This document shows, piece after piece, positions 39,540 to 48,907 of a stretch of 64,000 nucleotides of DNA (its first letter is position 1; each line of letters opens with the position of its first letter). The translations under genes were made by a program, and so were the position numbers. The DNA is taken from NCBI GenBank assembly GCA_016208425.1, contig JACQYA010000118.1:3350-67349 (forward strand), written 5' to 3'. This DNA comes from Betaproteobacteria bacterium (GTDB lineage Bacteria; Pseudomonadota; Gammaproteobacteria; Burkholderiales; Rhodocyclaceae). A model generated the notes under the pieces. It had not been told where the DNA came from. It did no database searches and saw only the letters and a program-made list of their open reading frames with translations.

Positions 39540-40280
39540 CTAGCCGCGCAACACGCCGACATGCAGCGTGTCAAACCAGTCGATGAAACGCTGAACATCC
39601 TTCCCTTGATACAGTGCACCATGCTGGGGGCACAGGATATCGATGTCGAGCTGCGAGATACGCTCGCACCACTGCCGCTTGGCCTCGTTCGACCCCATCC
39701 AGCGCCGATGGAAGCCTTCAGCGTGGCGGATGTGGGCGCTGAAATCTTTCACAAAAAGATCTTGTTGCTCGGACGGCAACAACGCCGCACCGACATCGCC
39801 CGAGAAGAAGACCTTGGCGGTGCGGTCGTAGAGATGAAAATTGCCCGAAGAATGGAGATAGTGCGCCGGCACTGCCTGCAAGGATAGCCCGCCGACAGAA
39901 ATCGCTGCCCCTTCGTCGGGGATCGCCGAGAAAGTGCTCGCGTTACCGCCGAAGTGCGGGATAAAACTGGCCCACAGCCAGCTAATATAGCAACGCATCT
40001 GCGGGTTGAACTCAAGCCATAGCGCGAGCGACGAAATCACGTCCGGGTCTTGATGGGAGGCGAACACGGCGGCAATCGCCGACGGATCGAACTCGGTGGC
40101 GACCGCAGAAAAAACCGCCGGAAAAATCTCCAGGCCGCCCGGGTCGACCAGCAGCCCCTGGCCGCTGTGGGTTACCAGATATTCGTTGGTGTCGATCAGA
40201 TAGTCTTGGCGGCCGGGATCGCGCACGATAGCCACCCATTTATGGTCGCCGTCCTGGAATATGGTTTGTGTTGTTTTCAT
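39540..40280 (-). CDS. MBL-fold di-iron protein, ODP-like (flavodiiron N-terminal-domain-like)
   Basis: 246 aa. Metal-ligand-like blocks ASHQDPD, AHYLHSSG, FFSGDVG, LCPQHG. Immediately downstream of the soluble MCP-like gene. Confidence 0.65.
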   Translation of the reverse strand: MKTTQTIFQDGDHKWVAIVRDPGRQDYLIDTNEYLVTHSGQGLLVDPGGLEIFPAVFSAVATEFDPSAIAAVFASHQDPDVISSLALWLEFNPQMRCYISWLWASFIPHFGGNASTFSAIPDEGAAISVGGLSLQAVPAHYLHSSGNFHLYDRTAKVFFSGDVGAALLPSEQQDLFVKDFSAHIRHAEGFHRRWMGSNEAKRQWCERISQLDIDILCPQHGALYQGKDVQRFIDWFDTLHVGVLRG

Positions 40281-40282
40281 TC

Positions 40283-40909
40283 TCAGCCTCTGAAAAACCT
40301 GGATTTACGCAACGTATCGAGCGATCCGCGAATTTCCTCGACGATTCCGTCGAACTCGCCGGAAACCTGCGACAACGAAACGGAGAAAGAGGCGCCGTAA
40401 GCCGCTTCGATCTTTGCCGATTTGGCCAGGACGCCGCCCAGTTCGACCAACCGGAACGCATCCTCCACCGAAGAGCGCAGGGAACGCCGCAAAACCGATA
40501 ACTTTGCGCGGTACTCGGCCGTGCGCGCCTCGCGACGCTCGATGACGGAGCGCAGGCGAGCGCTTGCCGGAACCAGGGCGGCAGCCGCCGAAAATATGCT
40601 GCTGTAACGCGAATCGAGCAACAGCACGGAAACTTCGCCGACGGAGGCGTGAATCAAGCCGTTGAGCGACAGCATCGTTTCGCGGAGTTGCCCGGAAAAA
40701 CTGCGCAGCTCGTTGGACAACACGCCGAAACCCAGCGCCGCCGTCCCCGCCCGCTTGGCGAGAAATATCGCGTTCAAGGCCATGATGTTGATCTTGAACG
40801 CAACGGCGACGACGGCCTTGATTTCTTCGTTGATGCGGACAATGTGCAACAAGTCCAACGCCGAACCTTTGGGTTCGATCCCGGCGGCAACCGTCAATTG
40901 TTCAGTCAT
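40283..40909 (-). CDS. Soluble truncated MCP-signalling-domain protein
   Basis: 208 aa with no TM or HAMP. KINIMALNAIFLAKRAGTAALGFGVLSNELRSFS aligns with the canonical hairpin [34 protein letters not shown] of the MCP at 33744. Confidence 0.65.
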   Translation of the reverse strand: MTEQLTVAAGIEPKGSALDLLHIVRINEEIKAVVAVAFKINIMALNAIFLAKRAGTAALGFGVLSNELRSFSGQLRETMLSLNGLIHASVGEVSVLLLDSRYSSIFSAAAALVPASARLRSVIERREARTAEYRAKLSVLRRSLRSSVEDAFRLVELGGVLAKSAKIEAAYGASFSVSLSQVSGEFDGIVEEIRGSLDTLRKSRFFRG

Positions 40910-41060
40910 ACGTCCACCACCCCAGTAGTTGCTGGCCGAGACGCCGACACCCGCAGAAACTGCCGCCGGACGCCGGATCGCACAAGCCAGTGCGCAGATC
41001 GCACTCTAGCAAACAACCGCGCTCAAGTGCACCCGCTTGCCGCGCCACCGCTCAAAAATC

Positions 41061-42815
41061 CTACTTCTCGTGAACGTAGTTGCCCGGCGCGGCTCCGAGA
41101 TCGGGACAGTCCGCCGATTTCATGTCCGACGCATTTACTGTCGGGCCGCACCTGGACGACAACCAGGCCACCCAATCGGCCCACCACGACCCCGGCCGTT
41201 TTTCGGAACGGGCTAACCAGTGCTCGAAATGTTCGTTGCGCTCGGGTTCGGCAACCCAAAAACTGCGTTTCGTGGGTTCCACGACCGGATTGACGATGCC
41301 GAGAATATGGCCGGATGTGGAAAGAACGAAACGTACCGGAGCGTTCACGTTGACGTACTTGCGAATCCGGTAAGACTGGCGCCACGGAACGATGTGGTCG
41401 TCTTCGGCGGCGACCGCGTAGAGCGGCTGTGCGATGAGATCGAGATCGATCGGGTGGCCGGCGACCGTCATCGCGTCGCGTTTCATCAGGTTGTTGTTCA
41501 GATACATCTGGTTCAGGTAATAGGCGTGCATCGCCGACGGCATGCGCGTCGTGTCCATGTTCCAGAACAGCACGTCGAATGGCGGCAGCGGCTCGCCGTA
41601 GAGGTAGCTGTGAACGAAGTAATGCCAGATCAAGCCGTTCGAGCGCAGGAGCCGGAAGCTGGACGCCATCTCGTCGCCTTCCAGATAGCCGCGCGCGGCC
41701 ATCTTCTCGGTGAGCGCCTGAACCGATCCCGGATCGATGAAAACGTCGATATCGCCCGGCTTCGAAAAGTCGGTGAGCGTCGCAAACAGGCTCCAGTGGG
41801 CGACCGGCATCTTTTTGGCGCCATAGTGCCGGCTAGCCCACGCCATATACGTCGCCACCAGCGTGCCGCCGATGCAATAGCCGGCCAGATGCACCTGCGG
41901 AACGCCGCAAAGCTTGCGGACGGCGGCGACGCTTTGGTCGACGCCATCGGTCAGGTAGTCTTCAAAACCGACGTCCGCCATCTCGGCCGTAGGATTTTTC
42001 CAGCTTGTGATGAAAACGCTGTATCCCCGGTCAACAAGATATTTGACCATGCTCTTTTTCGGGGTCAGATCGAGGATGTAATACTTGTTGATCCACGGCG
42101 TCACGATGAGAAGCGGCGTCCGATGCACCTTCCCGGTCGTCGGCGTATAGCGGATCAGCTCCAGCATGCGGTTGCGCATGACGACCCGGCCCGGCGTCGT
42201 CGCCAGATCGGTGCCGATCTTGAAGGCGTCGGCTTCCACCATGCGGATATTCCTGGCCTTGATGTCCCGCATCAGGTATTGGTAGCCCAGCTTCAGGCTT
42301 TCGCCGTTGGTTTCGACGAACTTGCGCACGGCGACGGGATTGGACAGGAAAAAATTGCCGGGCGCTATCGCGTTCAACCACTCGCGCATCCAGAAAGCGG
42401 CGCGCCGGCGCTCTTTGTCCGAGAGGCCGGGCGTATCGAAGAGCATGTCTTCGATACGGCGCGTCATCGCCAGATACGACTCCTTGACGATGTCCCAAGT
42501 GGGCGACTCGCTCCACACCGGATCGGAAAACCGCGCATCGTCGGCATGCGGCTTGACGACATCGTCGCTCGGCAGCCCGCAAGCGCGCCGCATCAAGTGC
42601 GCCTGCAACGCCAGCAGGTCGCCCGACATGGCGCCGATCGCGCGCGACAGTTCCTGCGGGTGCATCATCCACGCCGCCTGCGCGTTGAGCATGGACGTGG
42701 TCACGCCAAACGGATCGATGCGCTGCTGGGCCGCCGCCAGCAGCCCCTCGACCGAACTGACGCCGTTCGCTTTGGCGCGGTGTCCGGGCGCCGGCTCCCC
42801 GTTCGCACTCATCAA
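41061..42815 (-). CDS. phaC: Class I poly(3-hydroxyalkanoate) synthase
   Basis: 584 aa. Lipase-box GYCIGGT and the characteristic ...PLLIVTPWINKYYILDL... block. Confidence 0.93.
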   Translation of the reverse strand: MMSANGEPAPGHRAKANGVSSVEGLLAAAQQRIDPFGVTTSMLNAQAAWMMHPQELSRAIGAMSGDLLALQAHLMRRACGLPSDDVVKPHADDARFSDPVWSESPTWDIVKESYLAMTRRIEDMLFDTPGLSDKERRRAAFWMREWLNAIAPGNFFLSNPVAVRKFVETNGESLKLGYQYLMRDIKARNIRMVEADAFKIGTDLATTPGRVVMRNRMLELIRYTPTTGKVHRTPLLIVTPWINKYYILDLTPKKSMVKYLVDRGYSVFITSWKNPTAEMADVGFEDYLTDGVDQSVAAVRKLCGVPQVHLAGYCIGGTLVATYMAWASRHYGAKKMPVAHWSLFATLTDFSKPGDIDVFIDPGSVQALTEKMAARGYLEGDEMASSFRLLRSNGLIWHYFVHSYLYGEPLPPFDVLFWNMDTTRMPSAMHAYYLNQMYLNNNLMKRDAMTVAGHPIDLDLIAQPLYAVAAEDDHIVPWRQSYRIRKYVNVNAPVRFVLSTSGHILGIVNPVVEPTKRSFWVAEPERNEHFEHWLARSEKRPGSWWADWVAWLSSRCGPTVNASDMKSADCPDLGAAPGNYVHEK

Positions 42816-42837
42816 AATCTCCGCTCGTTTACAACCA

Positions 42838-44259
42838 TCACAGGGTGACCGCCTGTTTCTGAACGGGAATCTCTACGTTTGCCCAGCCCAAGGTCTGGCG
42901 CACGGTTCCCGCAAAAATGGCCGCCGTTTCGGCTTCGCCGTGCACGACAAAGGTGTGCTGCGGCGGCTTGCGAAATGCGCCCAACCAGCCTAATAACGCC
43001 CCTTGGTCGGCATGCGCCGATAGTCCTCCGATGGTAAAAATGTCGGCGCGAACAGGAATTTGTTGCCCGAAGATGCGCACCGCGCGCGCGCCGTCGACCA
43101 GTCTCCGACCCAAGGTGCCCGCCGCCTGGAAGCCTGTTATCAGCACCGAACTCTCGGCGCGCGAAAGATTGTTTTGCAGGTGATATTTGATCCGTCCGGC
43201 ATCGCACATGCCGCTTGCCGAAATAATTACCGCCCCGTGACGCATATCGTTCAGCCGCATCGACTCCTCGACATCGGCCACAAACTGGATACGCATTTTT
43301 TCCGGGTTGCGCTCTTGCCAGGAGATCAGTTCCCGCGTTTCGCCGGAGAGTAGCGGCAAATGGCGAAGTGTTATTTTCGTCGCCTCGTTGGCCATCGGCG
43401 AATCGACATAAACGGTCAGTGGCGCCATTCGCCCCAGGCGAACCAGTTGCGTCAACACAAAAAGTATCTCCTGCGTTCTGCCCACGGCAAAGGCCGGGAT
43501 GATGACGTTGCCGCGCTTTTTGTGCAGCGTGTAATGAAAAGCCTCGACGATCTCCCTCTCGGTGTCGGCGAGACTTCTGTGTTGGCGGTTTCCGTAGGTG
43601 GATTCGACCAATAGTATGTCCGCTTCATCTACCCGTGCCGGGTTGCGCAACACGGGCCGGTTCGGCTGACCGAGGTCGCCCGAAAAGACCAGCTTCCTTT
43701 CTTTCCCACCGTCCTCCAGCCACAGTTCGACGATTGCCGAACCGAGGATGTGCCCGGCATCGCGGAACTTGAACCGGGCACCGGAACCCGGAAAAGTGTT
43801 TTCGTCGTAACTGGCCGGACGCAGTTGCTTCAGACAGGCTTGAGCCTGCGTGACGGTGTAGAGGGGAGCCGGCGTGCTGCCGGCGGGCGTGTTTTTGCGA
43901 CGCCGGTGGCGAAGAATCCACTCGCTCTCTTTTTCCTGAATGTGGGCGCTGTCGAGCAACAGCACATGCAGAAGTTCGATCGTCGCCGGCGTCGCGTATA
44001 CCGGCCCTTTGTAGCCAAGAACGGTCAGGCGCGGCAACAAGCCCGAGTGGTCGATATGGGCGTGCGTCACCAGCACGAAGTCCAGTTGCCGGACGTCGAA
44101 AGGCAAAGCGTGCTGGTTTTTTTGATACGCTTCGCGCCCACCTTGGAACATTCCGCAGTCGACAAGGAAGCGGGCGGAATCGCTCTCGATCAGATAGCAG
44201 GAGCCGGTAACCTCGCCGGCGGCGCCAAAAAAAGTGATTTTCATAGGGAGCAGTCTCAT
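42838..44259 (-). CDS. MBL-fold beta-CASP family hydrolase (RNA-metabolising type)
   Basis: HAHIDHSG motif with beta-CASP and C-terminal RMMBL-like regions. ATG 44244 (MKITFFGA) is an alternative start. Confidence 0.85.
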   Translation of the reverse strand: MRLLPMKITFFGAAGEVTGSCYLIESDSARFLVDCGMFQGGREAYQKNQHALPFDVRQLDFVLVTHAHIDHSGLLPRLTVLGYKGPVYATPATIELLHVLLLDSAHIQEKESEWILRHRRRKNTPAGSTPAPLYTVTQAQACLKQLRPASYDENTFPGSGARFKFRDAGHILGSAIVELWLEDGGKERKLVFSGDLGQPNRPVLRNPARVDEADILLVESTYGNRQHRSLADTEREIVEAFHYTLHKKRGNVIIPAFAVGRTQEILFVLTQLVRLGRMAPLTVYVDSPMANEATKITLRHLPLLSGETRELISWQERNPEKMRIQFVADVEESMRLNDMRHGAVIISASGMCDAGRIKYHLQNNLSRAESSVLITGFQAAGTLGRRLVDGARAVRIFGQQIPVRADIFTIGGLSAHADQGALLGWLGAFRKPPQHTFVVHGEAETAAIFAGTVRQTLGWANVEIPVQKQAVTL

Positions 44260-44350
44260 CCCGGCGCCGAGCGCCTGTATTGACTTCGATCAAGAGTCCC
44301 GCCGTATTCTTGGCCTACAGTGGAGCGGTTGCATTGAGGAGATATTACCC

Positions 44351-44794
44351 ATGTTCAAGCACCTGCTCGTTCCGACCGACGGATCGGAACTCTCTCAGGA
44401 AACGGCGAGACGAGCCGTTTCGTTCGCCAAGGAGACCGGCGCCCGGATTACCGCTGTCTACGCGAAACCCGAGTACCCCGTCACATACTACGGGGAAGGC
44501 GCGTTGATCGACCCGACGACGCCGGAAAAATTTGCCGAACTCGCCGAACAGCAAGCGTCGCAGACGCTCGGCTTCGTAGAAACGCTGTGCCTCGACGCCG
44601 GCGTGAAGTGCGACAAGCTATCGCTGACCAACGATGTTCCCTACGAAGCGATTATCACGGCGGCGACGCAGTCGGGCTGCGATCTCATATTCATGGCTTC
44701 GCACGGTCGCCGGGGATTCAGCGGGCTGCTGCTCGGCAGCGAAACAAACAAGGTGCTGACCCACTCGAAGATCCCGGTACTGGTCTTCCGCTAG
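44351..44794 (+). CDS. Universal stress protein (UspA family)
   Basis: 147 aa from ATG 44351 (GAGGAG SD). MFKHLLVPTDGSELS...MASHGRRGFSGLLLGSETNKVLTHSKIPVLV. Confidence 0.9.
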   Translation: MFKHLLVPTDGSELSQETARRAVSFAKETGARITAVYAKPEYPVTYYGEGALIDPTTPEKFAELAEQQASQTLGFVETLCLDAGVKCDKLSLTNDVPYEAIITAATQSGCDLIFMASHGRRGFSGLLLGSETNKVLTHSKIPVLVFR

Positions 44795-44832
44795 GCGCCG
44801 ATCCGGGGTTGTCCGATCTGCGGCGCCCAAAG

Positions 44833-44867
44833 AAAAACGCCCCCGGCAACTATTGCGGGGGCGTTCT
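44833..44867. terminator. Bidirectional rho-independent terminator
   Basis: AAAAACGCCCCCGG...CGGGGGCGTTCT: a 9-10 bp GC stem flanked by an A-run and a T-rich tail, between uspA (+) and the small ORF/ccoH (-). Confidence 0.75.
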
Positions 44868-44888
44868 GGATACGCAGGTTTTCCGCTA

Positions 44889-45032
44889 TCAGGTCTTCTT
44901 GGCCTGGTCTTCTTCTTCATGCATTTTCTTGCTGAAGTAGATTGCATACCAGACCGACATACCCAACGTAAAAACGATAACAAACAGGCTTAACAGCCCG
45001 ATATCGCTCGTTAACAGCAATTGCCAAGCCAT
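44889..45032 (-). CDS. Small single-pass membrane protein (47 aa), not in the ORF track
   Basis: MAWQLLLTSDIGLLSLFVIVFTLGMSVWYAIYFSKKMHEEEDQAKKT. GGGAGG SD; the ATG lies 3 nt after the ccoH stop, and the terminator follows. Confidence 0.6.
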   Translation of the reverse strand: MAWQLLLTSDIGLLSLFVIVFTLGMSVWYAIYFSKKMHEEEDQAKKT

Positions 45033-45035
45033 GAC

Positions 45036-45590
45036 TTACCTCCCAGTATTGTCAGAATGAACAACGGAACCACCACCTGCCGCACTACCCAGTTGCAGTG
45101 TTGCCTGCTTTTCGATCACCCAGTCGCCGAGCAAGCGCCACTCGCGCTCTTTGTCTTCGAGCGCGACATGCCAGCGACCGGTCAGAGGAGTCGCGAGAGC
45201 GCCCGAATAAACCCCTCTTCCCTCGGGGCGCAACACGATGTTCTGGTCGGCGCCACTGCGCGTGGGGTGCGTCAAACGCAAGTTAAGCGCCTCGGGAACC
45301 GGGTCGCTCTGCTTGCCCTGCAGAAACACTCTCAACTGTAAACCGTCGGCGCCGGGCATCACCTCTGCCTGCAAGCCCAGATCGCCGGCGTGCCTGTCCC
45401 GCGCCGTGCGTTGGTTGACCGCCAAACCTTGCTTGTAGTAGTCGTCCTCGACCAGGCCATCGTTGCTGACCACCGCCAGATAGGCGGTTATCATGCCGGC
45501 GACAACCACGACAAACGGGCCGGCCATGAGTATCCACGGCCAAGGTTCGCGATACCAAGGTTGAGACGGAATTCCGAGCTTCTGGTTCAT
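45036..45590 (-). CDS. ccoH: cbb3 oxidase assembly protein CcoH/FixH
   Basis: 184 aa. N-terminal PWYREPWPWILMAGPFVVVVAGMITAYLAV. Overlaps the ccoG stop by 4 nt. Confidence 0.85.
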   Translation of the reverse strand: MNQKLGIPSQPWYREPWPWILMAGPFVVVVAGMITAYLAVVSNDGLVEDDYYKQGLAVNQRTARDRHAGDLGLQAEVMPGADGLQLRVFLQGKQSDPVPEALNLRLTHPTRSGADQNIVLRPEGRGVYSGALATPLTGRWHVALEDKEREWRLLGDWVIEKQATLQLGSAAGGGSVVHSDNTGR

Positions 45591-47008
45591 GGCAGGAAGA
45601 ACGACGCTTTCTCGCGAACCACAATCCCCTCGTGGTTCTGCGCTTTGATTTCAAAAAAGATGCGGCTGCTTCCCTTATTCCCGCTCTCGCCATCAACGCG
45701 CGCGGAAAGCATCACGGTTTTTGCCGATGCTGCCGGCACGTCGACAATCCGCTCTCCCACCAGATCGATACCGTCCATTCCGCTCACGCTGATCGCATAG
45801 CGATGCTCCGCTTCGTCGGTATTCATGATATGCAGGGAAAACACGTTCTCGATACGCCCGTCGTCCGCCTCGCGGGCCAGCGACGAACGGTCGCGAATAA
45901 TGTCGACTTTGAGCGGTATCCGGATACTCAGGCTCCAGGCCGTGGCAGCCATGATCGCCAGCAAAATCACCGTGTAGAGTATCGTCCTGGGGCGCATCAG
46001 ATGCACCAGAATGTCGCGCGGCTTATAGTGCTTGGCCATGGCATTCTCGGTCGAATAGCGGATCAGCCCGCGCGGCGAACCGACCTTGTCCATCACTTCA
46101 TCGCACGCATCGATACAGGCCGCGCAGGCAATACATTCATACTGCATGCCATCGCGGATATCGATCCCCGTCGGGCAGACCTGCACGCATATTCCGCAAT
46201 CAATACAATCGCCCGACACGTGCGCCTTGGTACCGACATTCTTCTTTCGTGCGCCGCGAGGCTCGCCGCGCTCGGGGTCATAGGTGATGATAAGCGTGTC
46301 GGGATCGAACATTACCCCCTGAAAGCGGGCGTAGGGACACATATACTTGCACACCTGCTCGCGCAGGAAGCCAGCCTGCATATAGAGGAACGCGGCGTAA
46401 AACAGTATCCAGAAGATTTCCCAAGAGCCGAAGGAAAACGCGAGCGTCGAGGCGACGAGTTCCTTTACCGGAGTGAAATAGCCGACAAAAGTAAATCCCG
46501 TCCACAAAGACACGAGCAGCCATAACGTGTGCTTGACGAACTTGAGACGGAATTTGCGGGAATTCATCGGCTGCGCGTCGAGTTTCATGCGCGCGGGGCG
46601 CTCTCCTTCGACCTTGCGCTCTATCCACATCAATATTTCCGTGTAGACGGTCTGCGGGCAGGCGTACCCGCAAAACAGGCGCCCGCCGATCGCTGTCACA
46701 AGGAACAAGGCGTAAGCCGAAATCACCAGCAGGAGCGCGAGGTAAATCACGTCCTGCGGCCAGAAAACCATGCCGAATATGTAGAATTTTCGCTCGACCA
46801 GATGAAACAGCACCGCCTGCCGGCCGTTCCAGTCGAACCAGATCAGACCGTAGAACAAAGCCTGGGTGAGAATCACCAGACCCCAGCGCCAGTTGTCGAA
46901 CAGCCCGCCGGACACGCTGCGGACGTAAATCGTTTTGTGCTTCTCGTACAACCCGTCGCTATTGATAACGATCGGCTTTCCGCTGTTGTCAGCCGGCTGC
47001 TTCATCAT
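45587..47008 (-). CDS. ccoG: cbb3 oxidase accessory 4Fe-4S protein CcoG/FixG
   Basis: 473 aa. TM segments plus CIDCGICVQVCP and CIACAACIDAC motifs. Confidence 0.92.
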   Translation of the reverse strand: MMKQPADNSGKPIVINSDGLYEKHKTIYVRSVSGGLFDNWRWGLVILTQALFYGLIWFDWNGRQAVLFHLVERKFYIFGMVFWPQDVIYLALLLVISAYALFLVTAIGGRLFCGYACPQTVYTEILMWIERKVEGERPARMKLDAQPMNSRKFRLKFVKHTLWLLVSLWTGFTFVGYFTPVKELVASTLAFSFGSWEIFWILFYAAFLYMQAGFLREQVCKYMCPYARFQGVMFDPDTLIITYDPERGEPRGARKKNVGTKAHVSGDCIDCGICVQVCPTGIDIRDGMQYECIACAACIDACDEVMDKVGSPRGLIRYSTENAMAKHYKPRDILVHLMRPRTILYTVILLAIMAATAWSLSIRIPLKVDIIRDRSSLAREADDGRIENVFSLHIMNTDEAEHRYAISVSGMDGIDLVGERIVDVPAASAKTVMLSARVDGESGNKGSSRIFFEIKAQNHEGIVVREKASFFLP

Positions 47009-47078
47009 AGTCTATTTACCCTAATCTATTTCAGAATCACACGAACTTCTAATATTCCATTATAGAGCTTATGCGATT

Positions 47079-47092
47079 TTGAAACAGATCAG
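47079..47092 (-). promoter_or_regulatory. FNR/Anr-like box upstream of ccoG
   Basis: TTGAA-ACAG-ATCAG (8/10 match to TTGAT-N4-ATCAA), 71 nt upstream of the ccoG start. Confidence 0.5.
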
Positions 47093-47120
47093 CCTTCGGA
47101 AATTCGATGGATGGTTCTGG

Positions 47121-47149
47121 AAAAACGGAGCGGCGAAAACCGCTCCGTT
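47121..47149 (-). terminator. Rho-independent terminator after ccoP
   Basis: Minus strand: AACGGAGCGG-TTTTCG-CCGCTCCGTT followed by TTT. Confidence 0.8.
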
Positions 47150-47159
47150 CCCTGCGAGA

Positions 47160-48086
47160 CTACTTCTTGTCCGCTCCCGCGCTCAGGCTGAACACGTAGG
47201 CCGACAACAGGTGCACCTTGGCTTCACCGAGAAAATCTTTCCAGGCGGGCATCTGGTTGGTACGACCCTTGGTGATGGTTTCAACAATTGTCGCTTCGGA
47301 GCTGCCGTACAGCCAGACCTTGTCGGTCAGGTTGGGCGCGCCAAGCGCGGCCATCCCCTTGCCGTCCGGGCCGTGGCAGGCGACACAAACCGTCTCGAAC
47401 TTGGCCTTGCCGGCCGCCGCCAGATCGGCATTGTGGGTCAGGCCGGACAGCGAGCGGACGTAGTTCGCCACTTCCTTGGCGCCCGCCTCGCCACCCACCG
47501 CTTCCGGGTTGCCGCCGTAGGCCGGCATCGAACCGATGCGGCCGGCGCTGACCGTCTCGACGATCTGGGCCGCCTCTCCGCCCCACTGCCAATCGTTGTC
47601 GGCCAGGTTCGTGAAGCCCTTGGAGCCGCGCGCATCGGCACCATGACACTGGACGCAATAGGTCAGGTACAAACGCTTGCCCATCTCCATGCCTTCCTTG
47701 TCGGCAGCGACGGCCGCCAGATCCATTTTCAGGAACTTGTCGAACAGCGGCTTGACCTGGGCATCGACCTTGTCGACCTCCGCCTTGTGCTGACCGGCCG
47801 ACGACCAGCCGAGCATGCCCTGAAAGCGGCCGAGACCCGGATACAGCGCCAGATAGACCAGCGAAAAAACGATGGTGATGTAAAACAGCCAGCTCCACCA
47901 TTTCGGCAGCGGGTGGTTGTACTCTTCCAGCGTCTCGTCCCACACATGCCCCATGGTTTCAACCTTGGCGCCTGCAGCCGGGGCGTGGATACTTTGCGAC
48001 CACAGGAACACGCCGCAGGCAAGAATACTCACCAGCACGATCACAACTACGTACAAGTTCCAAAAATCATTCACAAAATCGCTCAT
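47160..48086 (-). CDS. ccoP: cbb3 oxidase subunit III, dihaem cytochrome c CcoP
   Basis: 308 aa. Two CxxCH motifs (CVQCHG, CVACHG). Confidence 0.95.
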   Translation of the reverse strand: MSDFVNDFWNLYVVVIVLVSILACGVFLWSQSIHAPAAGAKVETMGHVWDETLEEYNHPLPKWWSWLFYITIVFSLVYLALYPGLGRFQGMLGWSSAGQHKAEVDKVDAQVKPLFDKFLKMDLAAVAADKEGMEMGKRLYLTYCVQCHGADARGSKGFTNLADNDWQWGGEAAQIVETVSAGRIGSMPAYGGNPEAVGGEAGAKEVANYVRSLSGLTHNADLAAAGKAKFETVCVACHGPDGKGMAALGAPNLTDKVWLYGSSEATIVETITKGRTNQMPAWKDFLGEAKVHLLSAYVFSLSAGADKK

Positions 48087-48274
48087 GATGCTTTCCTTTT
48101 CACGTTGCTGGACAGGCCGAGCTCGGCCCGATCCGCGTCATCATCCGAAAACGGCAGGTTGGCCGCTTCATCAAAACCTTTCTTGTTGGTTTTGGTGTAT
48201 GCCCACCAGACGATCCCCAAAAATGTCAGCAGGCTCACCACGGTCATGATGGAGCGCAGATCGTTAAGGTCCAT
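48083..48274 (-). CDS. ccoQ: cbb3 oxidase subunit CcoQ
   Basis: 63 aa, single TM (IMTVVSLLTFLGIVWWAY). Positioned between ccoO and ccoP. Confidence 0.85.
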   Translation of the reverse strand: MDLNDLRSIMTVVSLLTFLGIVWWAYTKTNKKGFDEAANLPFSDDDADRAELGLSSNVKRKAS

Positions 48275-48278
48275 GACT

Positions 48279-48890
48279 TTACTTGACGCCCTTCATTTCC
48301 ACGCCCATCCCTTGCAGATAGGCGATCAACACGTCAAGTTCCGTTTTGCCTTCGACCATCTTCGCCGCGCCGGAGATTTCCTGATCGGAATACGGCACGC
48401 CCACCATGCGCAGCGCTTTCATCTTGGCTTCAACGCCACCCGCATCGGCCGGCGATTTTTCAAGGAACGCATAAGCCGGCATATTGGATTCGGGAACCAC
48501 GTCGCGCGGATTAATCAGGTGGGCACGCTGCCACTGATCGGAGTAACGGCCGCCAACGCGGTGCAGATCCGGGCCGGTACGCTTCGACCCCCACTGGAAC
48601 GGGTGGTCATAGACGAACTCGCCGGCCACCGAATAGTGGCCGTAGCGCTCGGTCTCGGCACGGAACGGGCGAATCATCTGCGAATGGCAGTTGTAGCAGC
48701 CCTCGCGGATATAGATGTCGCGCCCGGTGAGACGCACCGGGTCGTAGGGCTTGAGCCCCGCGACCGGCGTCGTGGTCGACGTTTGGAAAAACAAGGGAAC
48801 GATCTCCAGCAAGCCACCCCAGAGCACCACCAGGAGTGTCAGTACGATCAGAAGACCAACATTTTTTTCAATTTGTTCGTGCTTAAGCAT
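48279..48890 (-). CDS. ccoO: cbb3 oxidase subunit II, monohaem cytochrome c CcoO
   Basis: 203 aa. CYNCHSQ haem motif. Confidence 0.95.
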   Translation of the reverse strand: MLKHEQIEKNVGLLIVLTLLVVLWGGLLEIVPLFFQTSTTTPVAGLKPYDPVRLTGRDIYIREGCYNCHSQMIRPFRAETERYGHYSVAGEFVYDHPFQWGSKRTGPDLHRVGGRYSDQWQRAHLINPRDVVPESNMPAYAFLEKSPADAGGVEAKMKALRMVGVPYSDQEISGAAKMVEGKTELDVLIAYLQGMGVEMKGVK

Positions 48891-48907
48891 TTTTTACCTC
48901 CCCTAGC

